Under the pieces are notes generated by a model. The model made no database searches and had not been told where the DNA came from. It saw nothing but the letters and a program-made list of their open reading frames with translations. A program made the position numbers and the translations under genes. Of a stretch of 64,000 nucleotides of DNA, positions 1 to 13,389 are shown piece by piece (the first letter of the stretch is position 1; every line of letters begins with the position of its first letter). The DNA comes from Nitrospirales bacterium (GTDB lineage Bacteria; Nitrospirota; Nitrospiria; Nitrospirales; UBA8639), in assembly GCA_965203295.1 (NCBI GenBank), contig CBDBCZ010000015.1:1120001-1184000 (forward strand), given 5' to 3'.

Positions 1-3000
1 TAGTTTGAATGATGTAAGTCATATACAATACACGCTTAGGAAGTATTGATGTTCAAGAAAGGAACTTGTTATATATTCAAAGGCTTGTTTAGTTTTGTTG
101 ATGTTAGTCTGAAGATTAGGAAAGAAGGATTTTATTGAAAATTGTTAGTTTTGTTGATCTCAGGCATAGACTTTCAGCCAAAGTAAATGGCTACCATTGA
201 TCTGACCCTTCCCAACTGTTTAGGAAAAGAACCTGTTATTCAAAGGCTTGTTTAGTTTGAATGATGTTAGTCAGATACAATACATGCTTAGGAAGTATCG
301 ATGTTCAAGAAAGGAACTGGTTATTCAAAGGCTTGTTTAGTTTGGTTGATGTTAGTCTGCAGATTAGGAAAGAAGGATTTTATTGAAAATTGTTAGGTTT
401 GTTGGTCTCTAGAAAAGACTTTAAGCCAAAGTCACTAGCTACCATTTATCTGACCCTTCCCAACTGTTTAGAAAAAGAGCTGGTTATTCAAAGGCTAGTT
501 TAGTTTGAATGATGTTAGTCAAATACAATAATCCTTAGGAAGTATCGATGTTCAAGAAAGGAACTGGTTATTCAAAGGCTTGTTTAGTTTTCTTGATGTT
601 TGTCTGCAGATTAGAAAAGAAGTATTTTATAGAAAATCGTTAGTTTTGTTGGTCTCTAGCAAAGACTTTGAGCCAAAGTAACTAGCTACCATTGATCTGA
701 CCCTTCCCAACTGTTTAGGAAAAGAACTGGTGATTCAAAGGCTTGTTTAGTTTAAATTATGTTAGTCGCATACAATACATGCTTAGGAAGTATCGATGCT
801 CAAGAAAGGAACTGTTTATTCAAAGGCTTGTTTAGTTTGGTTGATGTTAGTCTGCAGATTAGGATAGAAGGATTTTATAGAAAATTGTTAGTTTTGTTGG
901 TCTCTAGCAAAGACTTTAAGCCAAAGTAACTAGCTACCATTGATTAGGAAAGAAGGATTTTATTGAAGATTGTTAGTTTTGTTGGTCTCTAGCAAAGACT
1001 TTAAGCCAAAGTAACTATCTACCATTGATCTGACCCTTCCCAACTGTTTAGGAAAAGAAGTTGTTATTCAAAGGCTTGTTTAGTTTGAATGATGTTAGTC
1101 AGAAGATTAGGAAAGAAGGATTTTATTGAAAATTGTTAGTTTTGTTGGTTTCTCGCAACGACTTTAAGCCAAAGTAACTAGCTACCATTTATCTGACCAT
1201 GCTTAGGAAGTATCGATGTTCAAGAAAGGAACTGGTTATTCAAAGGCTTGTTTAGTTTGGTTGATATTAGTCTGCAGATTAGGAAAGAAGGATTTTATTG
1301 AAAATTGTTAGTTTTGTTGGTCTCTAGCAAAGAATTTAAGCCAAAGTAACTAGCTACCATTGATCTGACCCTTCCCAACTATTTAGGAAAAGAGCTGGTT
1401 ATTCAAAGGCTTGTTTAGTTTGCTTGATGTTAGTCTGCACATAAGGAAAAAAGTATTTTATAGAAAATCGTTAGTTTTGTTAGTCTCTAGCAAAGACTTT
1501 GAGCCTAAGTAACTAGCTACCATTGATCTGACCCTTCCCAACTGTTTAGGAAAAGAACTTATTATTCAAAGGCTTGTTTAGTTTGAATGAAGTTAGTTTG
1601 AAGATTAGGAAAGAAGGATTTTATTAAAAATTGTTAGTTTTGTTGGTCTCTAGCAAAGACTTTAAGCCAAAGTAACAAGCTACCATTTATCAGACCCTTC
1701 AGAACTGTTTAGAAAAAGAACTGGTTATTCAAAAGCCTGTTTAGTTTTATTGACGTTAGCCTTAAGATTAGGAAAGAAGGATTTTATTGAAAATTGTTGC
1801 TTTTGTTGGTCTCTAGCAAAGACTTTAAGCCAAAAGTCACTAGCTACCATTGATCTGACCCTTCCCAACTGTTTAGAAAAAGAGCTGGTTATTTAAAGGC
1901 TTGTTGTGTTTTAATGATATTAGTCAAATACAATACATGCTTAGGAAGTATCAATGTTCAAGAAAGAAACTGGTTATTCAAAGGCTTGTTTAGTTTGGTT
2001 GATGTTAGTCTGAAGATTAGGAAAGAAGGATTTTATAGAAATTTGTTAGTTTTGTTGGTCTCAGGCAAAGACTTTCAGCTAAAGTAACTGGCTACCATTG
2101 ATCTGACCCTTCCCAACTGTTTTGGAAAATAACTGGTTATTCAAAGGCTTATTTAGTTTGAATGATGTTAGTCATATACAATACACGCTTAGGAAGTATC
2201 GATGTTCAAGAAAGGAACTTGTTATTCAAAGGCTTGTTTAGTTTGGTTGATGTTAGTCTGAAGATTAGGAAAGAAGGATTTTATTTAAAATTGTTAGTTT
2301 TGTTGATCTCAGGCAAAGACTTTCAGCCAAAGTAAATGGCTACCATTGATCTGACCCTTCCCAACTGTTTAGGAAAAGAACCTGTTATTCAAAGGCTTGT
2401 TTAGTTTGAATGATGTTAGTCAGATACAATACATGCCTAGGAAGTATCGATGTTCAAGAAAGGAACTATTTATTCAAAGGCTTGTTTAGTTTGGTTGATG
2501 TTTGTCTGAAGATTAGGAAAGAAGGATTTTATTGAAGATTGTTAGTTTTGTTGGTCTCTAGCAAAGACTTTAAGCCAAAGTAACTATCTACCATTGATCT
2601 GACCCTTCCCAACTGTTTAGGAAAAGAAGTTGTTATTCAAAGGCTTGTTTAGTTTGAATGATGTTAGTCAGACGATTAGGAAAGAAGGATTTTATTGAAA
2701 ATTGTTAGTTTTGTTGGTTTCTCGCAAAGACTTTAAGCCAAAGTAACTAGCTACCATTTATCTGACCATGCTTAGGAAGTATCGATGTTCAAGAAAGGAA
2801 CTGGTTATTCAAAGGCTTGTTTAGTTTGGTTGATATTAGTCTGCAGATTAGGAAAGAAGGATTTTATTGAAAATTGTTAGTTTTGTTGGTCTCTAGCAAA
2901 GAATTTAAGCCAAAGTAACTAGCTACCATTGATCTGACCCTTTCCAACTATTTTAGGAAAAGAGCTGGTTATTCAAAGGCTTGTTTAGTTTGCTTGATGT

Positions 3001-6000
3001 TAGTCTGCACATTAGGAAAAAAGTATTTTATAGAAAATCGTTAGTTTTGTTAGTCTCTAGCAAAGACTTTGAGCCTAAGTAACTAGCTACCATTGATCTG
3101 ACCCTTCCCAACTGTTTAGGAAAAGAACTTGTTATTCAAAGGCTTGTTTAGTTTGAATGAAGTTAGTTTGAAGATTAGGAAAGAAAGATTTTATTAAAAA
3201 TTGTTAGTTTTGTTGGTCTCTAGCAAAGACTTTAAGCCAAAGTAACAAGCTACCATTTATCAGACCCTTCAGAACTGTTTAGAAAAAGAACTGGTTATTC
3301 AAAAGCCTGTTTAGTTTTGTTGACGTTAGCCTTAAGATTAGGAAAGAAGGATTTTATTGAAAATTGTTGCTTTTGTTGGTCTCTAGCAAAGACTTTTAAG
3401 CCAAAAGTCACTAGCTACCATTGAACTTACCCTTCCCAACTGTTTAGAAAAAGAGCTGGTTATTTAAAGGCTTGTTATGTTTTAATGATATTAGTCAAAT
3501 ACAATACATGCTTAGGAAGTATCAATGTTCAAGAAAGAAACTGGTTATTCAAAGGCTTGTTTAGTTTGGTTGATGTTAGTCTGAAGATTAGGAAAGAAGG
3601 ATTTTATAGAAATTTGTTAGTTTTGTTGGTCTCAGGCAAAGACTTTCAGCTAAAGTAACTGGCTACCATTGATCTGACCCTTCCCAACTGTTTTGGAAAA
3701 TAACTGGTTATTCAAAGGCTTATTTAGTTTGAATGATGTTAGTCATATACAATACACGCTTAGGAAGTATCGATGTTCAAGAAAGGAACTTGTTATTCAA
3801 AGGCTTGTTTAGTTTGGTTGATGTTAGTCTGAAGATTAGGAAAGAAGGATTTTATTTAAAATTGTTAGTTTTGTTGATCTCAGGCAAAGACTTTCAGCCA
3901 AAGTAAATGGCTACCATTGATCTGACCCTTCCCAACTGTTTAGGAAAAGAACCTGTTATTCAAAGGCTTGTTTAGTTTGAATGATGTTAGTCAGATACAA
4001 TACATGCCTAGGAAGTATCGATGTTCAAGAAAGGAACTATTTATTCAAAGGCTTGTTTAGTTTGGTTGATGTTTGTCTGAAGATTAGGAAAGAAGGATTT
4101 TATTGAAAATTGTTAGTTTTTTTGGTCTCTAGCAAAGACTTTAAGCCAAAGTAACTAGCTACCATTTATCTGACCCTTCCTAACTGTTTAGAAAAAGAAC
4201 TGGTTTTTCAAAGGCCTGTTTAGTTTTGTTGACGTTAGCCTGAAGATTAGGAAAGAAGGATTTTATTGAAAATTGTTAGTTTTGTTGGTATCTAGCAAAG
4301 ACTTTAAGCCAAAGTAACTAGCTACCATTGATCTGACCCTTCCCAACTGTTTAGGAAAAGAACTTGTTATTCAAAGGCTTGTTTAGTTTGAATTATGTTA
4401 GTCTGAAGATTAGGAAAGAAGGATTTTATTGAAAATTGTTAGTTTTGTTGGTCTCTAGCAAAGACTTTAAGCCAAAGTCACTAGCTACCATTTATCTGAC
4501 CCTTCCCAACATTTTTGGAAAAGAACTGGTTATTCAAAGGCTTATTTAGTTTGAATGATGTAAGTCATATACAATACACGCTTAGGAAGTATTGATGTTC
4601 AAGAAAGGAACTTGTTATATATTCAAAGGCTTGTTTAGTTTTGTTGATGTTAGTCTGAAGATTAGGAAAGAAGGATTTTATTTAAAATTGTTAGTTTTGT
4701 TGATCTCAGGCAAAGACTTTCAGCCAAAGTAAATGGCTACCATTGATCTGACCCTTCCCAACTGTTTAGGATAAGAACTGTTATTCAAAGGCTTGTTTAG
4801 TTTGAATGATGTTAGTCAGATACAATACATGCTTAGGAAGTATCGATGTTCAAGAAAGGAACTGGTTATTCAAAGGCCGGTTGAGTTTGGTTGATGTTAG
4901 TCTGAAGATTAGGAAAGAAGAATTTTACTCAAAAATTGTTATTTTTTTGGTCTCTGGCAAAGACTTTAAGCCAAAGTAACTAGCTACCATTGATCTGACC
5001 CTTCCCAACTGGTTAGGAAACGAACTGGTTATTCAAAGGCTAGTTTAGTTTGAATGATGTTAGTCAAATACAATACATCCTTAGGAAGTATCGATGTTCA
5101 AGAAAGGAACTGGTTATTCAAAGGCTTGTTTAATTTGGTTGATGTTAGTCTGCAGATTAGGAAAGAAGGATTTTTTTGAAAATTGTTTGTTTTGTTGGTC
5201 TCTAGCAAAGACTTTAAGCCAAAGTCACTAGCTACCATTGATCTGACCCTTCCCAACTGTTTAGAAAAAGAGCTGGTTATTCAAAGGCTAGTTTAGTTTG
5301 AATGATGTTAGTCAAATACAATAATCCTAAGGAAGTATCGATGTTCAAGAAAGGAAGTGGTTATTTAAAGGCTTGTTTAGTTTGGTTGATGTTAGTCTGC
5401 AAATTAGGAAAGAAGTATTTTATAGAAAATCGTTAGTTTTGTTAGTCTCTAGCAAAGACTTTGAGCCAAAGTAACTAGCTACCATTGATCTGACCCTTCC
5501 CAACTGTTTTGGAAAAGAACTGTTTATTCAAAAGTTTATTTAGTTTGAATGATGTTAGTCATATACAATACATGCTTAGGAAGTATCGATGTTCAAGAAA
5601 GGAACTTGTTATTCAAAGGCTTGTTTAGTTTAGTTGATGTTAGTCTGAAGATTAGGAAAGAAGGATTTTATTTAAAATTGTTAGTTTTGTTAATCTCAGG
5701 CAAAGACTTTCAGCCAAAGTAACTAGCTACCATTGATCTGACCCTTCCCAACTGTATTGGAAAAGAACCTGTTATTCAAAGGCTTGTTTAGTTTGAATGA
5801 TGTTAGTCAGATACAATACATGCTTAGGAAGGATCGTTGTTCAAGAAAGGAACTGGTTATTCAAAGGCTAGTTTAGTTTGAATGATGTTAGTCAAATACA
5901 ATACATCCTTAGGAAGTATCGATGTTCAAGAAAGGAACTGGTTATTCAAAGGCTTGTTTAATTTCTTTGATGTTAGTCTGCAGATTAGGAAAGAAGTATT

Positions 6001-9000
6001 TTATAGAAAATCGTTAGTTTTGTTGGTCTCTAGCAAAGACTTTGAGCTAAAGTAACTAGCTACCATTGATCTGACCCTTCCGAACTGTTTAGAAAAAGAA
6101 CTGGTTATTCAAAGGCTTGTTTAGTTGGAATGATGTTAGTCAAATACAAAATATGCCTAGGAAGTATCGATGTTCAAGAAAGGAACTTGTTATTCAAATG
6201 CTTGTTTAGTTTGGTTGATGTTTGTCTGAAGATTAGGAAAGAAGGATTTCATTGAAAATTGTTAGTTTTGTTCATCTCAGGCAAAGACTTTCAGCCAAAG
6301 TAACTAGCTACCATTGATCTGACACTTCCCAACTGTTTAGGAAAAGAACCTGTTATTCAAAGGCTTGTTTAGTTTGCATGATGTTAGTCAGATACAATAC
6401 ATGCTTAGGAAGTATCGATGTTCAAGAAAAGAACTTGTTATTCAATGGCTTGTTTAGTTTGGTTGATGTTAGTCTGAAGTTTAGAAAAGAAGGATTTTAA
6501 TGTGAAATTATTAGATTTGTTTGTCTCTAGCAAAGACTTTAAGCCAAAGTTACTAGCTACATTTGATCTGACCCTTCCCAACTGTTTAGAAAAAGAGCTG
6601 GTTATTCAAAACCTTGTTTAGTTTGAATGATGTTAGTCTGAAGATTAGGAAAGAAGGATTTTATTGAAAATTGTTAGTTTTGTTGGTCTCTAGCAAAGAC
6701 TTTAAGCCAAAGTAACTAGCTACCATTGATCTGACCCTTCCCAACTTTTTAGGAAAAGAACTGGTTATTCAAAGGCTTGTTTAGTTATTTGATGTTAGCC
6801 TGAAGAATAGGTAAGAAGGATTTTATTGAAAATTGTTAGTTTTGATGGTCTCTAGCAAAGACTTTAAGCCAAAATAACTAGCTGCCATTGATCTGACCCT
6901 TCCCAACTGTTTAGGAAAAGAACTGGTTATTCAAACGCTTGTTTAGTTTGGTTGATGTTAGTCTGAAGATTAGGAAAGAAGGATTTTATTTAAAATTTTT
7001 TTTTTTTTTTTCTCTAGCAAAGATTTTAAGCCAAAGTAACTTGCTACCCTTTTTCTGACCCTTCCCAACTGTTTAGAAAAAGAGCTGGTTATTCAAAGGC
7101 CTGTTTAGTTTTGTTTATGTTAGCCTGAAGATTAGGAAAGTAGGATTTTATTGAAAATTTTTAGTTTTGTTGGTCTCAGGCAAAGACTTTCAGCCAAAGT
7201 AACTGGCTACCATTGATCTGACCCTTCCCAACTGTTTTGGAAAAGAACTTGTTATTCAAAGGCTTGTTTAGTTTGAATGATGTTAGTCAGATACAATACA
7301 TGCTTAGGAAGTATCGATGTTCAAGAAAGGAACTGGTTATTCAAAGGCTTGTTTAATTTGCTTGATGTTAGTCTGTAGACTAGGAAAGAAGTATTTCATA
7401 GAAAATCTTTAGTTTTGTTGGTCTCTAGCAAAGACTTTCAGCCAAAGTAACTAGCTACCATTGATCTGACCCTTCCCAACTGTTAAGGAAAAGAACTGGA
7501 TATTCAAAGGCTTGATTAGTTTTAATGATATTAGTCGGATACAATACATGTTTAGGAAGTGTCAATGTTCAAGAAAAGAACTGGTTATTGAAAGGCTTGT
7601 TTAGTTTGGTTGATCTTAGTCTGAAGATTAGGAAAGAAGGATTTTATTGAAAATTGTTAGTTTTGTTTGTCTCAGGCAAAGACTTTCAGCCAAAGTAACT
7701 AGCTTCCATTGATCTGACCCTTCTTAACTGTTTAGGAAAAGAACTGGTTATTTCAAAGGCTTGTTCAGTTTTAAATGATGTTAGTCTGAAGATTAGGAAA
7801 GAAGGATTTTATTGAAAATTGTTAATTTTGTTGGTCTCTAGCAAAGACTTTTAGCCAAAGTATTTAACTACCATTTATCTGACCCTTCCCAACTGTTTAG
7901 AAAAAGAACTGGTTATTCAAAGGCCTTTTTAGTTTTGTTGACGTTAGCCTTAAGATTAGGAAAGAAGGATTTTATTGAAAATTTTTAGTTTTGTTGGTCT
8001 CTTGCAATGACTTTAATTAAGCCAAAGTTACTAGCTACCATTGATCTGACCTTTCCGAACTATTTAGAAAAAGTGCTGGTTATTCAAAGGCTTGTTTAGT
8101 TTGAATGATATTAGTCAGATACATTACATGCTTAGGAAGTATCAATGTTCAAGAAAGGAACTGGTTATTCAAAGGCTTGTTTAGTTTGGTTGATGTTAGT
8201 CTGAAGATTAGGAAAGGAGGATTTTATTAAAAATTGTTAGTTTTGTTGGTCTCTAGCAAAGACTTTAAGCCAAAGTAACTAGCTACCATTGATCTGACCC
8301 TTCCCAACTGTTTAGAAAAAGAGCTGGTTATTCAAAGGCCTGTTTAGTTTTAATGATGTTAGTCTGAAGATTAGGAAAGAAGGATTTTATTGAAAATTGT
8401 TAGTTTTGTTGGTCTCTAGCAAAGGCTTTAAGCCAAAGTAACTAGCTACTATTGATCTGACCCTTCCTAACTGTTTTGGAAAAGAACTGGTTATTCAAAG
8501 GCTTGTTTAGTTTGAATGATGTTAGTCTGAAGATTAGGAAAGAAGGATTTTATTGAAAATTGTTAGTTTTGTTGGTCTCTAGCAAAGACTTTAAGCCAAA
8601 GTAACTAGCTACCTTTGATCTGACCCTTCCCAACTGTTTAGGAAAAGAACTGGTTATTCAAAGGCCTGTTTAGTTTGAATGATGTTAGTCTGAAGATTAG
8701 GAAAGAAGGATTTTATTGAAAATTGTTAGTTTTGTTGGTATCTAGCAAAGACTTTAAGCCAAAGTAACTAGCTACCATTTATCTGACCCTTCCTAACTGT
8801 TTAGGAAAAGAACTGGTTAATCAAAGGCTTGTTTAGTTTGAATGATATTAGTCTGAAGATAAGGAAAGACGGATTTTATTGAAAATTGTTAGTTTTGTTG
8901 GTCTCAGGCAAAGACTTTCAGCCAAAGTAACTAGCTACCATTGATCTGACCCTTCCTAACTGTTTAGGAAAAGAACTGGTTATTCAAAGGCTTGATTAGT

Positions 9001-12000
9001 TTTAGTGATGTTAGTCTGAAGATTAGGAAAGAAGTATTTTATTGAAAATTGTTAGTTTTGTTGGTCTCTAGCAGAGACTTTAAGCCAAAGTAACTAGCTA
9101 CCATTGATCTGACCCTTCCCAACTGTTTAGGAGCAGAACTGGTTATTCAAAGGCTTGTTTAGTTTTGTTGATGTTAGCCTGAAGATTAGGTAAGAAGGAT
9201 TTTATTGAAAATTGTTAGTTTTGTTGGTCTCTAGCAAAGACTTTAAGCCAAAATAACTGGCTGCCATTGATCTGACCCTTCCCAACTGTTTAGGAAAAGA
9301 ACTTGTTATTCAAAGGCTTGATTAGTTTTAGAGATGTTAGTCTGAAGATTAGGAAAGAAGTATTTTATTGAAAATTGTTAGTTTTGTTGGTCTCTAGCAA
9401 AGACTTTAAGCCAAAGTAACTAGCTACCATTGATCTGACCCTTCCCAACTTTTTAGGAAAAGAACTGGTTATTCAAAGGCTTGTTTAGTTTTTTGATGTT
9501 AGCCTGAAGAATAGGTAAGAAGGATTTTATTGAAAATTGTTAGTTTTGATGGTCTCTAGCAAAGACTTTAAGCCAAAATAACTAGCTGCCATTGATCTGA
9601 CCCTTCCCAACTGTTTAGGAAAAGAACTGGTTATTCAAACGCTTGTTTAGTTTGGTTGATGTTAGTCTGAAGATTAGGAAAGAAGGATTTTATTTAAAAT
9701 TTTTATTTTTTTTTTCTCTAGCAAAGATTTTAAGCCAAAGTAACTTGCTACCCTTTTTCTGACCCTTCCCAACTGTTTAGAAAAAGAGCTGGTTATTCAA
9801 AGGCCTGTTTAGTTTTGTTTATGTTAGCCTGAAGATTAGGAAAGTAGGATTTTATAGAAAATTTTTAGTTTTGTTGGTCTCAGGCAAAGACTTTCAGCCA
9901 AAGTAACTGGCTACCATTGATCTGACCCTTCCCAACTGTTTAGGAAAAGAACTTGTTATTCAAAGGCTTGTTTAGTTTGAATGATGTTAGTCAGATACAA
10001 TACATGCTTAGGAAGTATCGATGTTCAAGAAAGGAACTGGTTATTCAAAGGCTTGTTTAATTTGCTTGATGTTAGTCTGTAGATTAGGAAAGAAGTATTT
10101 TATAGAAAATCTTTAGTTTTGTTGGTCTCTAGCAAAGACTTTCAGCCAAAGTAACTAGCTACCATTGATCTGACCCTTCCCAACTGTTAAGGAAAAGAAC
10201 TGGATATTCAAAGGCTTGATTAGTTTAAATGATATTAGTCGGATACAATACATGTTTAGGAAGTGTCAATGTTCAAGAAAAGAACTGGTTATTGAAAGGC
10301 TTGTTTAGTTTGGTTGATCTTAGTCTGAAGATTAGGAAAGAAGGATTTTATTGAAAATTGTTAGTTTTGTTTGTCTCAGGCAAAGACTTTCAGCCAAAGT
10401 AACTAGCTTCCATTGATCTGACCCTTCTTAACTGTTTAGGAAAAGAACTGGTTATTTCAAAGGCTTGTTCAGTTTTAAATGATGTTAGTCTGAAGATTAG
10501 GAAAGAAGGATTTTATTGAAAATTGTTAATTTTGTTGGTCTCTAGCAAAGACTTTTAGCCAAAGTATTTAACTACCATTTATCTGACCCTTCCCAACTGT
10601 TTAGAAAAAGAACTGGTTATTCAAAGGCCTGTTTAGTTTTGTTGACGTTAGCCTTAAGATTAGGAAAGAAGGATTTTATTGTAAATTTTTAGTTTTGTTG
10701 GTCTCTTGCAATGACTTTAATTAAGCCAAAGTTACTAGCTACCATTGATCTGACCTTTCCGAACTATTTAGAAAAAGTGCTGGTTATTCAAAGGCTTGTT
10801 TAGTTTGAATGATATTAGTCAGATACATTACATGCTTAGGAAGTATCAATGTTCAAGAAAGGAACTGGTTATTCAAAGGCTTGTTTAGTTTGGTTGATGT
10901 TAGTCTGAAGATTAGGAAAGGAGGATTTTATTAAAAATTGTTAGTTTTGTTGGTCTCTAGCAAAGACTTTAAGCCAAAGTAACTAGCTACCATTGATCTG
11001 ACCCTTCCCAACTGTTTAGAAAAAGAGCTGGTTATTCAAAGGCCTGTTTAGTTTTAATGATGTTAGTCTGAAGATTAGGAAAGAAGGATTTTATTGAAAA
11101 TTGTTAGTTTTGTTGGTCTCTAGCAAAGGCTTTAAGCCAAAGTAACTAGCTACTATTGATCTGACCCTTCCTAACTGTTTTGGAAAAGAACTGGTTATTC
11201 AAAGGCTTGTTTAGTTTGAATGATGTTAGTCTGAAGATTAGGAAAGAAGGATTTTATTGAAAATTGTTAGTTTTGTTGGTCTCTAGCAAAGACTTTAAGC
11301 CAAAGTAACTAGCTACCTTTGATCTGACCCTTCCCAACTGTTTAGGAAAAGAACTGGTTATTCAAAGGCCTGTTTAGTTTGAATGATGTTAGTCTGAAGA
11401 TTAGGAAAGAAGGATTTTATTGAAAATTGTTAGTTTTGTTGGTATCTAGCAAAGACTTTAAGCCAAAGTAACTAGCTACCATTTATCTGACCCTTCCACA
11501 CTGTTTAGGAAAAGAACTGGTTAATCAAAGGCTTGTTTAGTTTGAATGATATTAGTCTGAAGATAAGGAAAGACGGATTTTATTGAAAATTGTTAGTTTT
11601 GTTGGTCTCAGGCAAAGACTTTCAGCCAAAGTAACTAGCTACCATTGATCTGACCCTTCCTAACTGTTTAGGAAAAGAACTGGTTATTCAAAGGCTTGAT
11701 TAGTTTTAGTGATGTTAGTCTGAAGATTAGGAAAGAAGTATTTTATTGAAAATTGTTAGTTTTGTTGGTCTCTAGCAAAGACTTTAAGCCAAAGTAACTA
11801 GCTACCATTGATCTGACCCTTCCCAACTGTTTAGGAGAAGAACTGGTTATTCAAAGGCTTGTTTAGTTTTGTTGATGTTAGCCTGAAGATTAGGTAAGAA
11901 GGATTTTATTGAAAATTGTTAGTTTTGTTGGTCTCTAGCAAAGACTTTAAGCCAAAATAACTGGCTGCCATTGATCTGACCCTTCCCAACTGTTTAGGAA

Positions 12001-13101
12001 AAGAACTTGTTATTCAAAGGCTTGTTTAGTTTGGATGATGTTAGTCTGAAGATTAGGAAAAAAGGATTTTATTAAAAATTGTTAATTTTGTTGGTCTCTA
12101 GCAAAGACTTTAAGCCAAAGTAACTAGCTACCATTTATCTGACCCTTCCGAACTGTTTAGAAAAAGAACTGGTTATTCAAAAGCCTGTTTAGTTTTGTTG
12201 ATTTTAGCCTGAAGATTAGTAAAGAAGGATTTTATTGAAAATCGTTAGTTTTGTTGGTCTCTAGCAAAGACTTTGAGCCAAAGTAACTAGCTACCAATTA
12301 TCTGACCCTTCCCAACTGTTTAGAAAAAGAACTGGTTATTCAAAGGCCTGTTTAGTTTGAATGATGTTAGTCAGATACAATACACGCTTAGAAAGTATTG
12401 ATGTTCAAGAAAGGAACTGGTTATTCAAAGGCTTGTTTAGTTTGGTTGATGTTAGTCTGAATATTAGTAAAGAAGGATTTTATTGAAAATCGTTAGTTTT
12501 GTTGGTCTCTAGCAAAGACTTTGAGCCAAAGTAACTAGCTACCATTGATCTGGCCCTTCCCAACTGTTTAGGAAAAGAACTGGTTATTCAAAGGCTTGAT
12601 TAGTTTTAATGATGTTAGTCGGATACAATACATGTTTAGGAAGTGTCGATGTTCAAAAAAGGAACTGGTTATTCAAAGGCTTGTTTAGTTTGGTTGATGT
12701 TAGTCTGAAGATTAGGAAAGAAGGATTTTATTGAAAATTGTTAGTTTTGTTGGTCTCAGGCCAAGACTTTCAGCCAAAGTAACAGGCTACCATTGATCTG
12801 ACCCTTCCTAACTGTTTAGGAAAAGAACTGGTTTAAGATTCAATAGCTCGTTTAGTTTGAATGATATTAGTCACATACAATACATATTTAGGAAGTAAGG
12901 GTTTTCATTAATAATTGGTACAATTTTAGCTTTATTGGTCTCAGGAAACTTTCTGTCAAAACAACTAGCTACCAATGATCTAACCCTTACTAACTGTCTA
13001 GGTAGAGAACTGGTTTAAGATTCAATAGCTTGTTTTGTTTGAATGATGTTAGTCAGATAAAATACATTCTTAGGAAGTAAGGGTTTTCACTGAAAATTAT
13101 C
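1..13101. repeat. Satellite array, block 1 (163-bp A and 85-bp B modules sharing a ~45-bp core)
   Basis: Core gaactggttattcaaaggcttgtttagtttgNNtgatgttagtc recurs at 163-bp spacing (8490->8653) when followed by tgaagattaggaaagaagg...ctgacccttcccaactg. It recurs at 85-bp spacing (235->320) when followed by agatacaatacatgcttaggaagtatcgatgttcaagaaag. Confidence 0.98.
12825..13101. repeat. Divergent D-type satellite monomers (~182 bp) at the array edge
   Basis: Variant core gtttaagattcaatagc at 12831 and 13013 (182 bp apart). The body joins B-like atacaatacat..ttaggaag to taagggttttca..ggtctcagg..ctagctacca. The second unit is cut at tgaaaattatc. Confidence 0.9.
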
Positions 13102-13103
13102 CC

Positions 13104-13260
13104 TACGATCGTCCCAGACTCATCCACCCAACTCATGTCAAGAAGATCGTTGAAATTTCCCCACCTGAGGGATGGCTCTGGAAGGGAGCTCCGCCATCTA
13201 CATGATACAGCACAGCACCAGAACACCATGTTTGAATGGCGAAGGTCCAGCCAAGAAACT
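13104..13260 (+). mobile_element. Degenerate BEL/Pao LTR-retrotransposon Gag (DUF1759-like) fragment
   Basis: Translates YDRPRLIHPTHVKKIVEISP, then after a frameshift near 13160 LRDGSGRELRHLHDTAQH-QNTMFEWRRSSQET. This resembles recalled invertebrate BEL/Pao Gag (RYDRPRLIHQTHV..LKDGSGKELRRLHD..TMFEWQ) with an internal deletion. Confidence 0.7.
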
Positions 13261-13389
13261 GCAGTATTGCTGTGAGATTACGGCCTGTGAGTTGCAGGAG
13301 CATGTGCATGCATATACATATACGTATATGTAGTTGCCTTTGGCTGCTGATTGTGAAAGCTGACCCTTCTTACCCTCTCCCCGTTCAAG

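Noticed and set aside
13315..13332. 18-bp palindrome tacatatacgtatatgta and scattered TACATGTA motifs
   Set aside because: Low-complexity alternating purine/pyrimidine background common in such genomes; no evidence of a specific function.
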